The notes under the pieces: generated by a model | Database searches by the model: none | What the model was told of the DNA's origin: nothing | The model's input: only the letters and a program-made list of their open reading frames with translations | NCBI RefSeq assembly: GCF_006345805.1 | Contig: NC_043001.1 | Coordinates: 98,394,001 to 98,458,000 of the forward strand | Direction: 5' to 3' | From: Octopus sinensis | Taxonomy: Eukaryota | Length of the DNA stretch: 64,000 nt | Made by a program: the position numbers and the translations under genes | Shown: positions 1-13,025 of the stretch, piece by piece | Position numbering within the stretch: the stretch's first letter is position 1 | How the letters are laid out: each line of letters begins with the position of its first letter

Positions 1-671
1 TGACAGGTCACAGCCCTGACCAAGGACGAGCTGGTGGGATGATGTCCATAATCTCAGTTGGTTATCCTTGGGCACCACAGGATCCCATGAAAAAGATGTC
101 TTAGGAGTCTACCCACCCCCCACGACCCTCTCACGAATAGTAATCAAAGAAGATGAATGGATGGTAGGTCATGAATAAGTTTACCTGACCAAGACAGACT
201 TGATGTTGAACGATAGATGACAACCATAACTGAGAATCTTTAACTTTCTAGCGTTTTTAATAGAAATAATCGCATAGATAACGGTTTCAACAGGGACTCC
301 AAACCATTTAAAACACTGGAAAGTCTGAGTTAGAAGCTTGACTAATACTTTTCTTCTCTGTGTTTGTCATGTATTTTTCTGTAAACATATATATGAAATA
401 TTAGATGTTATTTAAATATTCGCAGTTCTCGGTAATACGGTTAAATGTGCCAGAAAAAAAGACGGGTTTTATAACATGTTTGTTACACACTTAATCGTCT
501 AATATGTTAAATATCAAAGGGCACATGATTGTGAGCGATAAATAGCAGTATATATACATATACATACATATGTATGTATGTATGTATGTATGTTTGTATG
601 AAAATATGTATGTATATATGTATGTGTGTGTGCATGTTTGTGCGTATATATATACATAGTACTTACATATA

Positions 672-782
<111 letters not shown>

Positions 783-1149
783 GCATATATAAAGGGAGAA
801 AAAGACAGACACTTGGCGAGAGCAAGTGAGATGCAAAGAGTGATCAAGAGTGAGATTAAGAGAGAGGGAGAGATAGGAAATATTTTATCTTGAAGCTGAC
901 CGTAAAAAGTAAGAAAAGGAAAATAATATAAAAGCAATTGACGTCTGAGAAGATTTTTTTCTCATGTTTCTTATAATTTATATTGATTTTAAAGATATCG
1001 TTGTCATGCGATTTTATGGTAAAATTATTTATGACACATCTGAGCTTAATGTTGTGCCAAGTAATTGCTTGTCATAGAATTGATTATCATAAGTTTTTAA
1101 CATTGGTTAAGAGGTTTGGGTTATAATGAAAGGAAGACCATGGTGAATC

Positions 1150-1800
1150 GAAACCGGCTCGGAAATTTCGATTGCCTAGAATGTATTTGGTGGCATTTTG
1201 TAACGTCTCACAAGTCCTTTGTGAATTCTCTTCCTAATGTCAGACCGAAAAGAGAGATACATATTTTTAACGCAAGATAAGTGTGTTAACCAATCTGAGA
1301 AAGCGATTCGACATCGAAAATATCTGGGATTATTCACGTTCGATGGACTAACAGAGATTCGTGAAACTAAATGCACTGCTAAATGTGTAAAGAAATACCT
1401 GCATCCGATTTTAGTTCAAGTCCTTTGAGGTAAAAGTTTATTCTTTAATCCACTCAAACTTATTGCTACTTTACCGATCAGCTTCGTGATAGACTTAAGG
1501 TTTATTATGACATCTGCACTTGTGATGTATCCGCTGTTGCAGATACTAACCTATCTTAGCTGCGTATCAGCAACATAAAATTATTCATACTCTGGTCACA
1601 GTCTCTCTTTTATCATTCCTTGAAGTTTATATGTTGTCTCTGCCTCCCCACAGAAATCATCTAACTACCACAATTTTATTGACATCATTTATCAAATATT
1701 ACAACTTTCTGGAGTCATCATTGTCCATGATTTTATTGCACGCAACACGTATCTTTCTCCTTTCATACGTAAACTGCACCGGTAGGATTAGATGGTCATT
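1150..1800 (-). mobile_element. Degenerate RTE-like LINE reverse-transcriptase remnant
   Basis: Broken translation VNNPRYFRCRI...DIRKRIHK resembles the RTE RT thumb region (F.YLG...DI..RI.KA). Confidence 0.45.
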
Positions 1801-1855
1801 TCTCTTTGCTCGCCATTTCAATGCAGACATACCAACATTCCAAATTAAATGTTTA

Positions 1856-2277
1856 GGATCTTTTCGGTTTGACCGGCAGTTTATAACATAATTTCTAGGT
1901 AACTAAAAAAATTTAAACTTCGTATACTGGTAGAATGTGTTTATAAAACATCTTTTTCTCTTGGCTTTATTGAGAAAATTATATAGTTTGTAAGATATTT
2001 GTTGTTTGTTTTCTTCAATTTCTGCAATTTCAACCAATCAGTGACGTCTATTGAGTTAAAAACATTCTGTGCCGTATGAATATGTCCCTCGTTTTAGAAA
2101 CAGATTGGGTTTATTTATATTTGTGAAAAAAAAAACGATACCCTTCCCCCACCCCTAACCCTAATCCTAACCCTAAAACGGATTGAAATGCAATAGATCG
2201 ATACTAGGGTCATAATTATGGGTGACAATTTCATATGACACCACTAGAAAAAACTGCCGTTCAAACCGAAAAGATCC
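1856..2277. mobile_element. hAT-type MITE (GGATC termini)
   Basis: TIR GGATCTTTTCGGTTTGA..GGCAG; exact 8-bp TSD AATGTTTA; internal CCCTAA-like repeats. Confidence 0.85.
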
Positions 2278-2539
2278 AATGTTTATTCTACTGCTTTAAA
2301 GATAAATAACTATACTGGACACGTAGTCAGAAAAGTAGACAGGATGGTCACCACTCGAATGCTACTCGGACGACGTTCAGTTGAACACAAAGAAACCACG
2401 TGTTTTAATATTACATATGGATGAAACCCAAAAGCGGTAACTGTAACCTTAAAAAATCATATATCTTCCAAAATTATCATTCCTTATCTTTAGTCAGTCG
2501 TCGCGACTACGAACGTTCATGGATTTGGCATGAGATGAT

Positions 2540-2960
2540 AAGCTTTCTCCATACTTGTCTGCTTTTCGCTTGAGGTTGCCATTTATTATGATCAACTCCT
2601 TTCCACTTCGTATTCCTTTTTGCAGTATTTTTGTATCTCAGTTTAAGTCATTCATGGTTTTTTTTCCTTCTTGCACAGTTGGGAGTAAAGAAGTTGTCTG
2701 CAGAGTCTGCTGGTGTCCATCCTTTGTACGTGTCCTAAGCAATGTAAACTTCTATCAACGAGGTCTTTCATCATAGGAGATAGACAAGCACACCATAGGA
2801 TCTCTTCATCCCTGATCTTGTCAAAGACAGTGATATTCATAATCTGTCGCAGCTCCCTCGAATGTCCAAATTTCAGCTCCAAACAGCAGGGAGAAAGCAC
2901 TATAGCCTGTATACCTTACATATGACGCTTATAGAAAAATATGCCTATTTTTCCACAGCC
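2540..2960 (-). mobile_element. RTE LINE ORF2 C-terminal remnant
   Basis: DKIRDEEIL...LGHVQRMDTSRLCRQLLYSQL motif. Confidence 0.75.
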
Positions 2961-4170
2961 TTCCCTGTCTTCTAAAGTACTCACATAAATATAATCAGAC
3001 GATACGATTTGTAAATGTTCCGCCTATATACATGATAATACAGAAACAAACGAACAATGCTGGCATTGCCCTTACCATTACGCACAAAATGTGTAATCTA
3101 GGATTACTCTTTCTCTATCCTTTAACATTTCAATCTTTCTTTTTTCTCTCTCTCTTTGTTTCAATATTGATCTATCACAGTCTGTTTGAATATGCTATAT
3201 TGTGTCTCATACGAAACAATAGAAATATATAAAAATACCGACTAGTCAGATTTTTTAAAACTCTAATTCTGTAATTTGGTACAAACAGTTTTTACTGATC
3301 CCCTGAGTAGGTATTGTTGCACCAGAACTACAAAATACTTGTGTGTTCTAAGTCACATATAAATACATTCCAGCTTTTGACAGCTTCAAGAAAGCAATGT
3401 GATTGTTCTTGATGACAGCACATGTTTCTCAAACTACTTAATAAAAATAAGCCGTAGTGATAAAGATGTGACGACGAATGCAATTGAAACAGCCAAGAAC
3501 TTTTGTTTTTTTGTTTGCAACGAAAACATCATTAAAGTTTTCACAATGAATTGACAAACAGAGGAGCGGGTGAGAACAGAAAAAGAACTTGTAACCAAGT
3601 AAAGCAAATATTACACGTATAGGAGTGCAATTAATATATTGATCTTACTTCGCATTGAATATTTTCAAGAAAACCTAAATATTTGTCACACTTTGAAAAC
3701 TGAATTAAAATTGTGAGAAACAATTATCCAACAGCACAAGTTGAGATGAAGCAAAACTGACGGCAAATAACGGTAAACAAAAGTATTGATATTTTTGTCT
3801 GAAGCAAAAACCAATTTTAAAAAAGAACGCATATCCATTGAACTGATTTCTCTCTCTCTCTAACTCGTTCTCTCCATCCCTGACTTTCCATACAAATACA
3901 AATGTGTGAGTGTTTAGACAAAACAAATGAAGAGAACTTATAAAATATTAAGTCGTCTCATCTTACACACATTTCATTAACGAAGATTTAATAGCAGTTA
4001 TGTAATTCAAAGCTACCAACTTATTTAAAGTAATGTGACTCGCGTTACGTTGGTGCAGATTATATCACACAAAACACACAAAGAAAAAACCAAAAAGAAA
4101 AAAACATACCAAACATTTCTGAAACAAACTTAAACACGCATATACTTACACATATACATACATACAGAAG

Positions 4171-4230
<60 letters not shown>

Positions 4231-4239
4231 GATCTCCCT

Positions 4240-4535
4240 TATTGTTTGTTCCTTCTCGAGCCATGTCTGGCTCATAAGGGCCGGTTTCCCGGTTTCTTGA
4301 CGTCTAGGTTCCCCACCTGGACGGGACGACGGTCCGTCGCGGATGAGCTGCAAGGTGCAGGAGGAAAGAGTGAGAGAAGGTTGTGGCAAAAGAGTCAGCA
4401 GAAGTTCGCCATTACCTTCTGCCGGAGCCACCTGGAACTTAGGTGTTTCGCTCATAAACTCACACATCGCCCGGTCTGAGATTCGAACCCGCGATCCCTC
4501 GACCTCAAGTCCGCTGCTCTAACTACTAGGCCATG
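4240..4535 (-). mobile_element. tRNA-derived SINE, family 3 (other copies about 42020-42320 + and 50910-51200 -)
   Basis: A/B-box-like head (gcctagtagttagagcagcggac...ggttcgaatc); three similar copies in the window. Confidence 0.75.
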
Positions 4536-4555
4536 TGCCCCCACTACCTCCCTTA

Positions 4556-4617
<62 letters not shown>

Positions 4618-4744
4618 ATGTTTGTGTGTGTGGTCCAAATCGGATATGCAATCAATGTGGGTGTCTCTTCAAAACATTGTCTGGTTTAAAAAGCCATCAG
4701 ATACCATGTAGGTACAGGAGGTGGTCAAACTCTGCATAAGGAGT

Positions 4745-4777
<33 letters not shown>

Positions 4778-4784
4778 TATATAC

Positions 4785-4846
<62 letters not shown>

Positions 4847-5389
4847 CGTACGCATACAAGCACATACATATATAAATTCACGTACAATATGTATATATAT
4901 GTGCGAGTGTTTTTATAAGTAATACACACAAACATGCGCATGAAATATAACTATTAGAAAACAAAATTGTCGACGCAAGCATACTCATGTGCACGTGATA
5001 GGATCAACAAAAATATTAATCTACGAGAAGAAAAAGGACCTATGTAAGCTACAAGTTAATTATTGGAATAAATATATTATGTGTTTACTCTTGCCGAAAA
5101 ACACCGCTTATCCAATGGATTCTACTCGAGTTATTATTCAGCGATAGACAAAGAGTAAGAAAATTAGTTTACTGAGAGAGTTAGTTGATGACAAAAAGAA
5201 AAACCTTTTCGTAAAAGGAAAAAACTGCGATGGAGGAATTGAGAAAGAGAGACTTTTGTTTCTTAAGAAAAATATAAGGGAATTAGCAGAAGACATTCTA
5301 TATCAAGGAGCTAGATATTATCATACAGATCATGTGTTGTTACTCTTAACAGATCAGTTAGGAAAATAACATATGTTAAGTAAAATGTA

Positions 5390-5955
5390 TTGGATTGTCC
5401 GGAAAGTTCGTGTCGATATTTGAAGGCAAGAAAAAGGTCAATAAATACTTGCCATTACATTTTTAATCAACGAAATATGAACCATGTTGTTGCAGAATGC
5501 GTCTCCATCTTTCCTTTAACTTGAAAATACCCTCTTCCCAGAATTGAGGTGGTTTCATGGCAAAGAATTCATCAAGGTATCTCTTTATGTCTTCCAAGGA
5601 ATTGAAGTTTTTACCATTAAGACTATTCTGCAGAGACCTGAATAAGTGGAAATCCGAAGGGGCAATATCTGGTGAATATGGAAAGTGGGGTAACACATCC
5701 CAGCCGAGCTGCAGCAATTTCTGTCTGGTTGCCAAAGCATCAAGTGCCGAAAATGAACTTTCTTATCTTCCATTTTAAAGGGTTACAAAATTAACACAGG
5801 TTATAGGAACATAAACCTTTTTCCACGAAGAGATAGCTTAAACTGTGCTGTAGATGGAGGTTTGGGCAAATCCTATTTTATGGATTCAACCATGTTCTAA
5901 AATAAGTCGAAAGGTAAACTACTATAAATCGGTACGAACTTTCCGGACATCGCAA
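5390..5955 (-). mobile_element. Internally deleted mariner transposon
   Basis: Transposase C-terminus WDVLPHFPYSPDIAPSDFHLFRSLQN; about 30-bp TIRs (ttggattgtccggaaagttcg / cgaactttccggacatcgcaa); TA TSD. Confidence 0.9.
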
Positions 5956-6259
5956 TAGTTCAAAAATATTCTGTCCTACCCTGCAGTCAAGTATCGGTAT
6001 GTCCAGATAGATTCAAAGCTTCAACACAATGAGTTCGTGAATAATTAATGGGTTGGATGGGAGTTAATGGAAGAGCAAACATTTTCTGAAATATGGCGCA
6101 TACGCCGATTCCCCATTTTTCATCTTCGATCTCATTGTTTTTTACATGAGTCGTCTCTGATACGAAACATCGTAACAAAATCGGTGATGGTTATAAGCTC
6201 TACAAAATATCTGTAGAGAGAACCTTAACAAGTGACGCACACATATATACATACCCTTT

Positions 6260-6461
6260 TACTTGTTTCAGTCATTTGACTGCGGCCATGCTGGAGCACC
6301 GCATTTAGTCGAGCAAATCGACCCCAGGACTTATTCCTTGTAAGCTTAGTACTTATTGTATCGGTCCCTTTTGCCGAACCGCTAAATTACGGGGATGTAA
6401 ACACTCCAGCATCGGTTGTCAACCGATGTGGGGGGTGGGGGGGGGGGGGCGCAAACACAGA

Positions 6462-6493
<32 letters not shown>

Positions 6494-6670
6494 TATATTC
6501 ATATACATATATACGACGGGCTTCTTTCAGTTTCCGTCTACCAAATCCACTCACAAGGCTTTGGTCGGCTATAGTAGAAGACACATGCCCAAGGTTCCAC
6601 GCAGTGGAACTGAACCCGGAACCATGTGGTTGGTAAGCAAGCCACTTACCATACAGCCAGTCCTGTGCCT
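6260..6670 (-). mobile_element. tRNA-derived SINE, family 1 (most abundant; further copies about 9020-9425, 16680-17030, 17190-17460, 35750-35970, 36300-36470, 36585-37000, 42815-43190, 43575-43985, 44670-45085, 45730-46120, 51360-51740)
   Basis: Head gtggctgtgtggtaag...ggttcagtcc, CCTTGGGCAAG core-like block, central (TA/CA)n, tail ...gcagtcaaatgactgaaacaagtaaaag. Confidence 0.85.
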
Positions 6671-6907
6671 ATACATATATACATAATATGTATAAGTATG
6701 AAAGGCGGCGAGCTGCCAGAAACGTTAGCACGCCGGGTGAAATGCTTAGCGAAATATTATCTGTCTTTACGTCCTGAGTTCAAATTCTGCATACTGGGGT
6801 CGATCTAATCGACTGACCCCCTCCCCAAACATTTCGTGCCTTGTGCCTAGAGTAGAGAAGTATATGTATTAATATATGCACACACACGTATATATTAATT
6901 ATATATA

Positions 6908-6954
<47 letters not shown>

Positions 6955-6989
6955 TTTATTATTATATTATTATTATTACTATTTTATTA

Positions 6990-7044
<55 letters not shown>

Positions 7045-7119
7045 TTATTATTATTATTATTATTTGCTGCGGAGTACATCGGACGTGCTTTTTTTTACAG
7101 TTTGCATTTTATTCTAAGT

Positions 7120-8765
7120 CGTTAACTAGGAGCACCAGGAATCTGTTACTGGTTTTCTGTCTTTGTTTTGCCCCTTGTTGGGCTATATTCGCACCCAATA
7201 ATTTCGGTGGACCTTTAATCATATATAATTCAACAAGATGGCGGAGTCCATCTTGAAAGACTTAAAAAAATTTTCCTACCGCAGGTCTAGTGATCGCTGA
7301 AGACTTCTCGTCCCTTCATTCTTTTACTGGCAACAATACAGGAGAAGGAGAGCAGAAAACGTAGGGAGAAAAAGTACAAAGTCCATCTGGCAGTAGCAGC
7401 AGTGGCAGCATCGACAACACCAGTGATAGCAATTGAAAGCAGAGCGGAAAGAAATAGCGATAACAGTAGTGGTGAGAGTAGGAACAGTTGAAGTGGCTAT
7501 AACTTCACCATCATCACCAGCAGTAACAGCAGCAGTAATAACAACAACAGCAACAACAACAACAACAACAGCGATGATGACAACAGCAAGAATAACAGGT
7601 TTGCTGATGTAGCGAACAGAAAGAGAGAAATGTTTGCCATTGCACTCGATGACAAAACACGTGAAATTTCAAAAGCAGAAAACATTATTAAAACGTTGGG
7701 AAGTACACGGCTACCCTTGAAGCCTACATCGCATCCCCAACATCAGCAACAGTAACAATAGAGACCTTTTAATAAAGCTGTAGCCTCATCTCCATAAACA
7801 ACAGAGGCACGCGAATCCTATACAATGGAAAAAACTATCCAAGGTATCTGCCAAACAAACTCTACCTCCCCACCTCTCTTAAGCATACACTCACACAAAC
7901 ACGCTCACACTATCACAGATACACTCACAGTCTCCGAGACAATTTCTACAGACACTAGTCACTCCTCATCCTGTAGTGAAGACGAGCAAAAATCTTAGGA
8001 AGCAGAAAAACGCATATGACAAAGGAAAAAGAAAATGGAAAAATAGATGAGCCTATACCAACACCTGAAAACACAGCAACCTATGGATAACTTTCAGAAA
8101 TCCCTGGCTTGGCAGTGCAACCGGCGAGCTCTGCCGTTTGGAAACAAGCTCTACGTTCACGGAAGTGCTGTCAGACGGACCTGTCCCAGGTGTGAGCTGG
8201 GCGATGAAACCGTTCTGCATGCACTCGTCCAGTGTCCGTGCATTACTGACTTGTGGAGCTTTGTCGAACAACTGTTGTCACGTGTAGGACGCATCCAGTT
8301 GTCAGCCGAGACCATTGGGAGAATCGCCTCACCACCCTCTTTTGGCCGGAAGGGAAAGGCAGATTTCCTCAGCCTGGTGGCTATAGCAAAAGAGCTTGGC
8401 TGGTGGACGAGTGAAGGAAGTGCTGCTGCCACCTCAGCAATTTTGTTGAAAGATGAGTGAATGTTGCAAAAATGACTCGAATGAAGGGGACTACTCTGAA
8501 TATTTGTCTGTAAGCCGGAGCAGTTGAGAGAAGAAGGGTGCATATCTGGCGTGCACTTAGGAGTCGGGGTATCCAGGATGTGTGGGGTGCCCTGGTTGAC
8601 CCTGGTTGGAACTCCCACATATTAAGGAATTTTTGTTGTTGGATTCTTGTTAACTGCTTTTGGTTTTTAATTGTTTACACGTTTTCTGTTTTAAACTGCA
8701 CTTGTCATTTGTTTTGTATTGTCTCTATATGTTTTTATGTTGCGCCCTTGTGGCCAATAAAAGTT
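7120..8765 (+). mobile_element. Internally deleted L1/Tx1-like LINE (5' UTR and ORF1 start fused to ORF2 zinc-finger end)
   Basis: C-terminal TCPRCELGDETVLHALVQCPC zinc knuckle; AATAAA at about 8756; broken ORF1-like start at about 7238. Confidence 0.65.
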
Positions 8766-8914
8766 TTTTTGACAAAATGAATTTAAATGCTGAAGTGAAT
8801 CTAACGGATTTTGAGTGTTTCTTAAATGGCATATAAGCACCTTCCACGCTGCAATTGTTTTCGTTTCAGCACACAAATTGAGATCAGGTCACTTGCTATG
8901 CAAATACAGCTCCG

Positions 8915-8970
<56 letters not shown>

Positions 8971-10696
8971 TATATATATATAATATTATATATATATATA
9001 TATATATATTTATATACATATATTCTTTTATTTGGTTCAGTCATTTGATTGTGGCCATGTCGGAGCACCGCCTTCAGTCGAATAAATCGACTCAGGACTT
9101 TTTAAATCTAGTATTTATTCTATCGGTATCTTTTGCCGAACCGCTAAGTTACTTGGACGTAAACAAACCAACATCGGTTGTCAAGCGATGGGGGGGGGGG
9201 GAGGACAAAAACAAACACACACAAACATACACAGACAGACACACATATATATATATATACGACGGTCTTCTTTCAGTTTCTGTCTACCAAATTCAAGTAC
9301 AAGGGTTTGGTGGGCCCGAGGCTATAGTAGAAGACACTTGCCCAAGGTGCCTATGCAGTGGGTCTCAACCCGGAATCATGTACTTGATAAGCAAGCTACT
9401 TACCACACAGCCACTCCTGCGCCTATATATTACTCATTCAATTATTGCTATTAGCTATATAAGTATAAAAAACATTTGAATTATTCATAACGATTTCTAA
9501 CATGAAATTAATAATAATAATAATGATAATAATAATAATAATATAATTATAATAATAATAATGACGATGGTGGTGGTGTTGGTGGTTGTGAAAACAACAA
9601 GAAAATAACTATAAGAATAATAAATCTTAGTGATAAAAACATGTAACAACTCTGTCAACAAGATTTATTTCAACAATCATCTTACAGCGAAATATATTAA
9701 ATATTCATTCTATGCTGTCGTTTTTTATTTCTATAACGCTGTTTTTGCTAACTTTACAACACTTACGCAGGCTTTTTAAATTGAACAAGGCTCTGTGATA
9801 AAAATTAATAAAAGAAGAGTAGATGATAAAGTATAAATAAAATATGATAAATATGGGGCAAATATAACGAAATAGAAAATGCGGTGACAATACATAGAAA
9901 AGAAAAAAAAAAATTGAAAACTTTTGGATGAAAGAGTGAAAAGCAGTTAGAAAGACAGTTAACGACTTGGTTGAAGAAATAAGAAGAGAAGGGTTTGAGT
10001 GGAGTAAATGAAGAGTTAAAGATGTTAATAAATAGGAAAAAAAAGACATCAAAGAAAATGGAAAAATGTTCAAACGAAAAGTGGATGCATTATGTTTAAG
10101 TGTATACTTGAGAATAAGTATAGAGCTTCAGTGATGTAGGAAAGGATGCTTGTAAGGGCATATAAGTGCAAACCTGAAAGGGGTTTCCGACGCTAAATGC
10201 TACAGTAAGAATTTATGCAATGCGTATTTAGAAGCAGACATTATTAAGTTATTATACGAGAGCATATGCACACATATACGTATAGGCACAAACATGTAAA
10301 TTCAATTACACACACACACAGACACACACATGTCAAGCTGACATGAAAGACATTTCAAAATGGGAAACAAGTGCTTCGTTGGTCCTAATTGATATATTTA
10401 ATCAAGATAATATCCCGCCTCATTATCATTATTGATAATATCGTAGCATCTATGTTGGTAAATAGTTGTTCCTCCCTCGGGCATACACTTCTACAGGTTT
10501 CGAATCAAAGAAATAGTCAATATCATTTTTAACCTCTTCATAATTAATTGTTATCGTCTGAACGATTTTAAAAGGTTGATAGGTGGAGCAAATAAGGAAA
10601 ATAAGGAAGATGATGCAAAATTTCCATACTTAATACCATAAACGTTTCCTGAGTAACTGGCCAATATGAGACAGTTCTATATTTAAGACCTGGGGA

Positions 10697-10851
10697 ATTA
10701 TGTACATTATTTACATTATTTACATTCGACGGATATTTGTCCTCATCTTGTTTGTTGTTAACATAACGTTTCGGCTGATATACTCTCCAGCCTTCTTAAT
10801 GTGTCTTGGGGAAATTTCAACCTGGGTTTTCATTCCTAAGGTATTTTCCGA

Positions 10852-10910
<59 letters not shown>

Positions 10911-11236
10911 ATTATTGTTATTATTGTTGTTGTTGTTGCTGTTGTTGTTGTTGTTCAGGTCACTGCTTGGAATCGAACTCGGAACTTAACCACTACACCA
11001 TATTCCATGGCGTAGTGGTTAAGAGCGTGGGCTACTAACCCCCAAGATTCCGAGTTCGATTCCAAGGAGTGACCTGAACACTAATAATAATAATAATAAT
11101 AACATCGAAAAATACCTTAGGAATGAGAACCCAGGTTCGAAATTTCCCCAAGACATCTTAAGAAGGCTGGAAGGTGTATCAGCTGAAACGTTGATGAGGA
11201 CAAATATCCGTCAAATGTAAATAATGTAAATAATGG
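10697..11236. mobile_element. Foldback element: tRNA-Ser-like head plus Penelope-type tail, with inverted partial copy
   Basis: Inverted arms of about 130-165 bp; tRNA-like 11008-11065; degenerate hammerhead-like AGAAGGCTG...CAGC(C/T)GAAACGTT in both arms. Confidence 0.6.
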
Positions 11237-11448
11237 CCAATATGAGGTCTTGTGTTATCGTCTAAGAAAAGCACGCCTTTACGAGTGGCTAATGATGGGT
11301 GTTTTTTCTGCTAATTCTTATGCAGTGCTTTCTATTGGCAATATTACTTCACCGCATTAACTGTTTCATTTTGGTTTATTATTCCATGATACAGGATCCC
11401 CTTCATGTCCCTCCAAACAAAGAGTGGAACTTTTTTCAGGTATAGTTC

Positions 11449-11683
11449 ATATTACTTTACTACCCACAAGGGGCTAAACACAGAGGGGAGAAACAAGGAC
11501 AGACAAATGGATTAAGTCGATTACATCGATCCCAGTGCGTAACTGGTATTAAATTTATCGATCCCGAAAGGATGAAAGGCAAAGTCGACCTCGGCGGAAT
11601 TTGAACTCAGAACGTAACAGCAGACGAAATACGGCTAAGCATTTCGCCCGGCGTGCTTACGTTTTTGCCAGCTCGCCGCCTAA
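11449..11683 (-). mobile_element. SINE family 2 (aaggcggcgagctggcagaa...; other copies about 6700-6860, 14127-14535, 48910-49200, 51830-52070, 62915-63250, 63697-63870)
   Basis: 11-bp TSD AGGTATAGTTC flanks this copy; gagttcaaattcc B-box-like motif; many copies. Confidence 0.85.
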
Positions 11684-11985
11684 AGGTATAGTTCTGCTTT
11701 AGGGATGAATTATCCTTTCTCAGTAGGTGTCACCCATTGTCATTTACGTTGAATATGATTGTATAGAAGCCAATTTTCATAATTAGCGATGATTGTACCC
11801 AGTAAAGGTCGGTAGCAAATTTACTCTTTAATGCGAGGGAAACTCCGATGAAGCCGACAAGCAATTAAATGATTGAGCAAGTTAACATATTCATACAAAT
11901 TCATGAACGTGTTTTATGACCAAAATGTTACTAGAACTGAACTGCTTTACCAATTCTTGTGCGGCTTGCATTGGATTATTTTCAA

Positions 11986-12381
11986 CTAGCAGTATCGCCC
12001 GGCGTTGCTCGGGTTTGTAAGGGAAATAACTATAAAGCATTTTTAGAGAGTTATAGCCAAAAAAATAGCAAAAAATGCATTAAAAATGGAAACAAAATTA
12101 TGGTAATTTTTTTTTAAATCGATGACTCATCGTAGATATTTATAGAGAGTTACTTCCCTTTATTAAAAAAATATGCGTTAAAATGGAAAAAAATGATGTT
12201 AAATTATTTTTAAAATCGTAGACTCATCGTAGACGCGCGCTAATACCCAGAAGGGCTCGATATGAATCACAACTATAAGATACCCGCTTTTGGTTAAACT
12301 GTACCGCAAAATGTGGGAGTAGTTAGGAATCTAAATCGAAGGGGACAGACACTCACACAACTACAGTTTTATATATAAAGA
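11986..12381 (-). mobile_element. Non-autonomous Helitron
   Basis: Minus strand starts TC, ends in hairpin cccgagcaacgccggg followed by CTAG, and is inserted between A and T; second copy at 25247-25636. Confidence 0.8.
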
Positions 12382-12607
12382 TGACAGTTATCAAAAACTG
12401 AGTATTGGCACAACCTGGTGAGCCAAACCAAGAGTAATTGCTAATTGCTTCAGTTTCACCACAATCTGCGATCAGATAACTGTAGAGCAACCACAACTGA
12501 GAAAAGAAGAAATAATTGTTAAAAGCTGAAGGCTAAGGTAAGTAGAGAATTAAGGTATTTATTAGAAAATGAATATGAAACATTTTAGTGGAGATAAAGT
12601 TAATTGA

Positions 12608-12707
12608 NNNNNNNNNNNNNNNNNNNNNNNNNNNNNNNNNNNNNNNNNNNNNNNNNNNNNNNNNNNNNNNNNNNNNNNNNNNNNNNNNNNNNNNNNNNNN
12701 NNNNNNN
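12608..12707. other. Assembly gap (100 N)
   Basis: Run of N; the only gap in the window. Confidence 1.
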
Positions 12708-13025
12708 AATTATTATATACAGTGCTCAGGTGCACCACAACTTGTCAAAAGTGCGTATAAAATATATGCAGTAATGTACAAATGTCTGGAAAGTGAACAG
12801 TGTATGAGTCAAATACATGCTTGCGTATGTATGGAGGGGAGAAAGATCAGATGTAGTGTTGGCGAATCTCAGGAAGCATGGAAGTTTTGAAGGATGCAGT
12901 GCTCCGATAACTAACAACTGATGCCGGCAGTTTGTTCCATGCTTCAGCAACTCGAGTTGCTGAAGCATGGAACAAACTGCCGGCATCAGTTGTTAGTTGT
13001 CGGAGCACTGCATCCTTCAAAACTT
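12708..13025 (-). mobile_element. CR1/L2-like LINE 3' end folded into a 144-bp palindrome (related copy about 14760-14990)
   Basis: RVAEAWNKLPASVVS..STASFK motif; palindrome centred at 12953/12954. Confidence 0.75.

Noticed and set aside
11008-11065. Possible tRNA-Ser gene
   Set aside because: ACT anticodon, no proper acceptor stem, embedded in a repeat; a SINE head. The same applies to tRNA-like heads at about 40445, 42025 and 44440.
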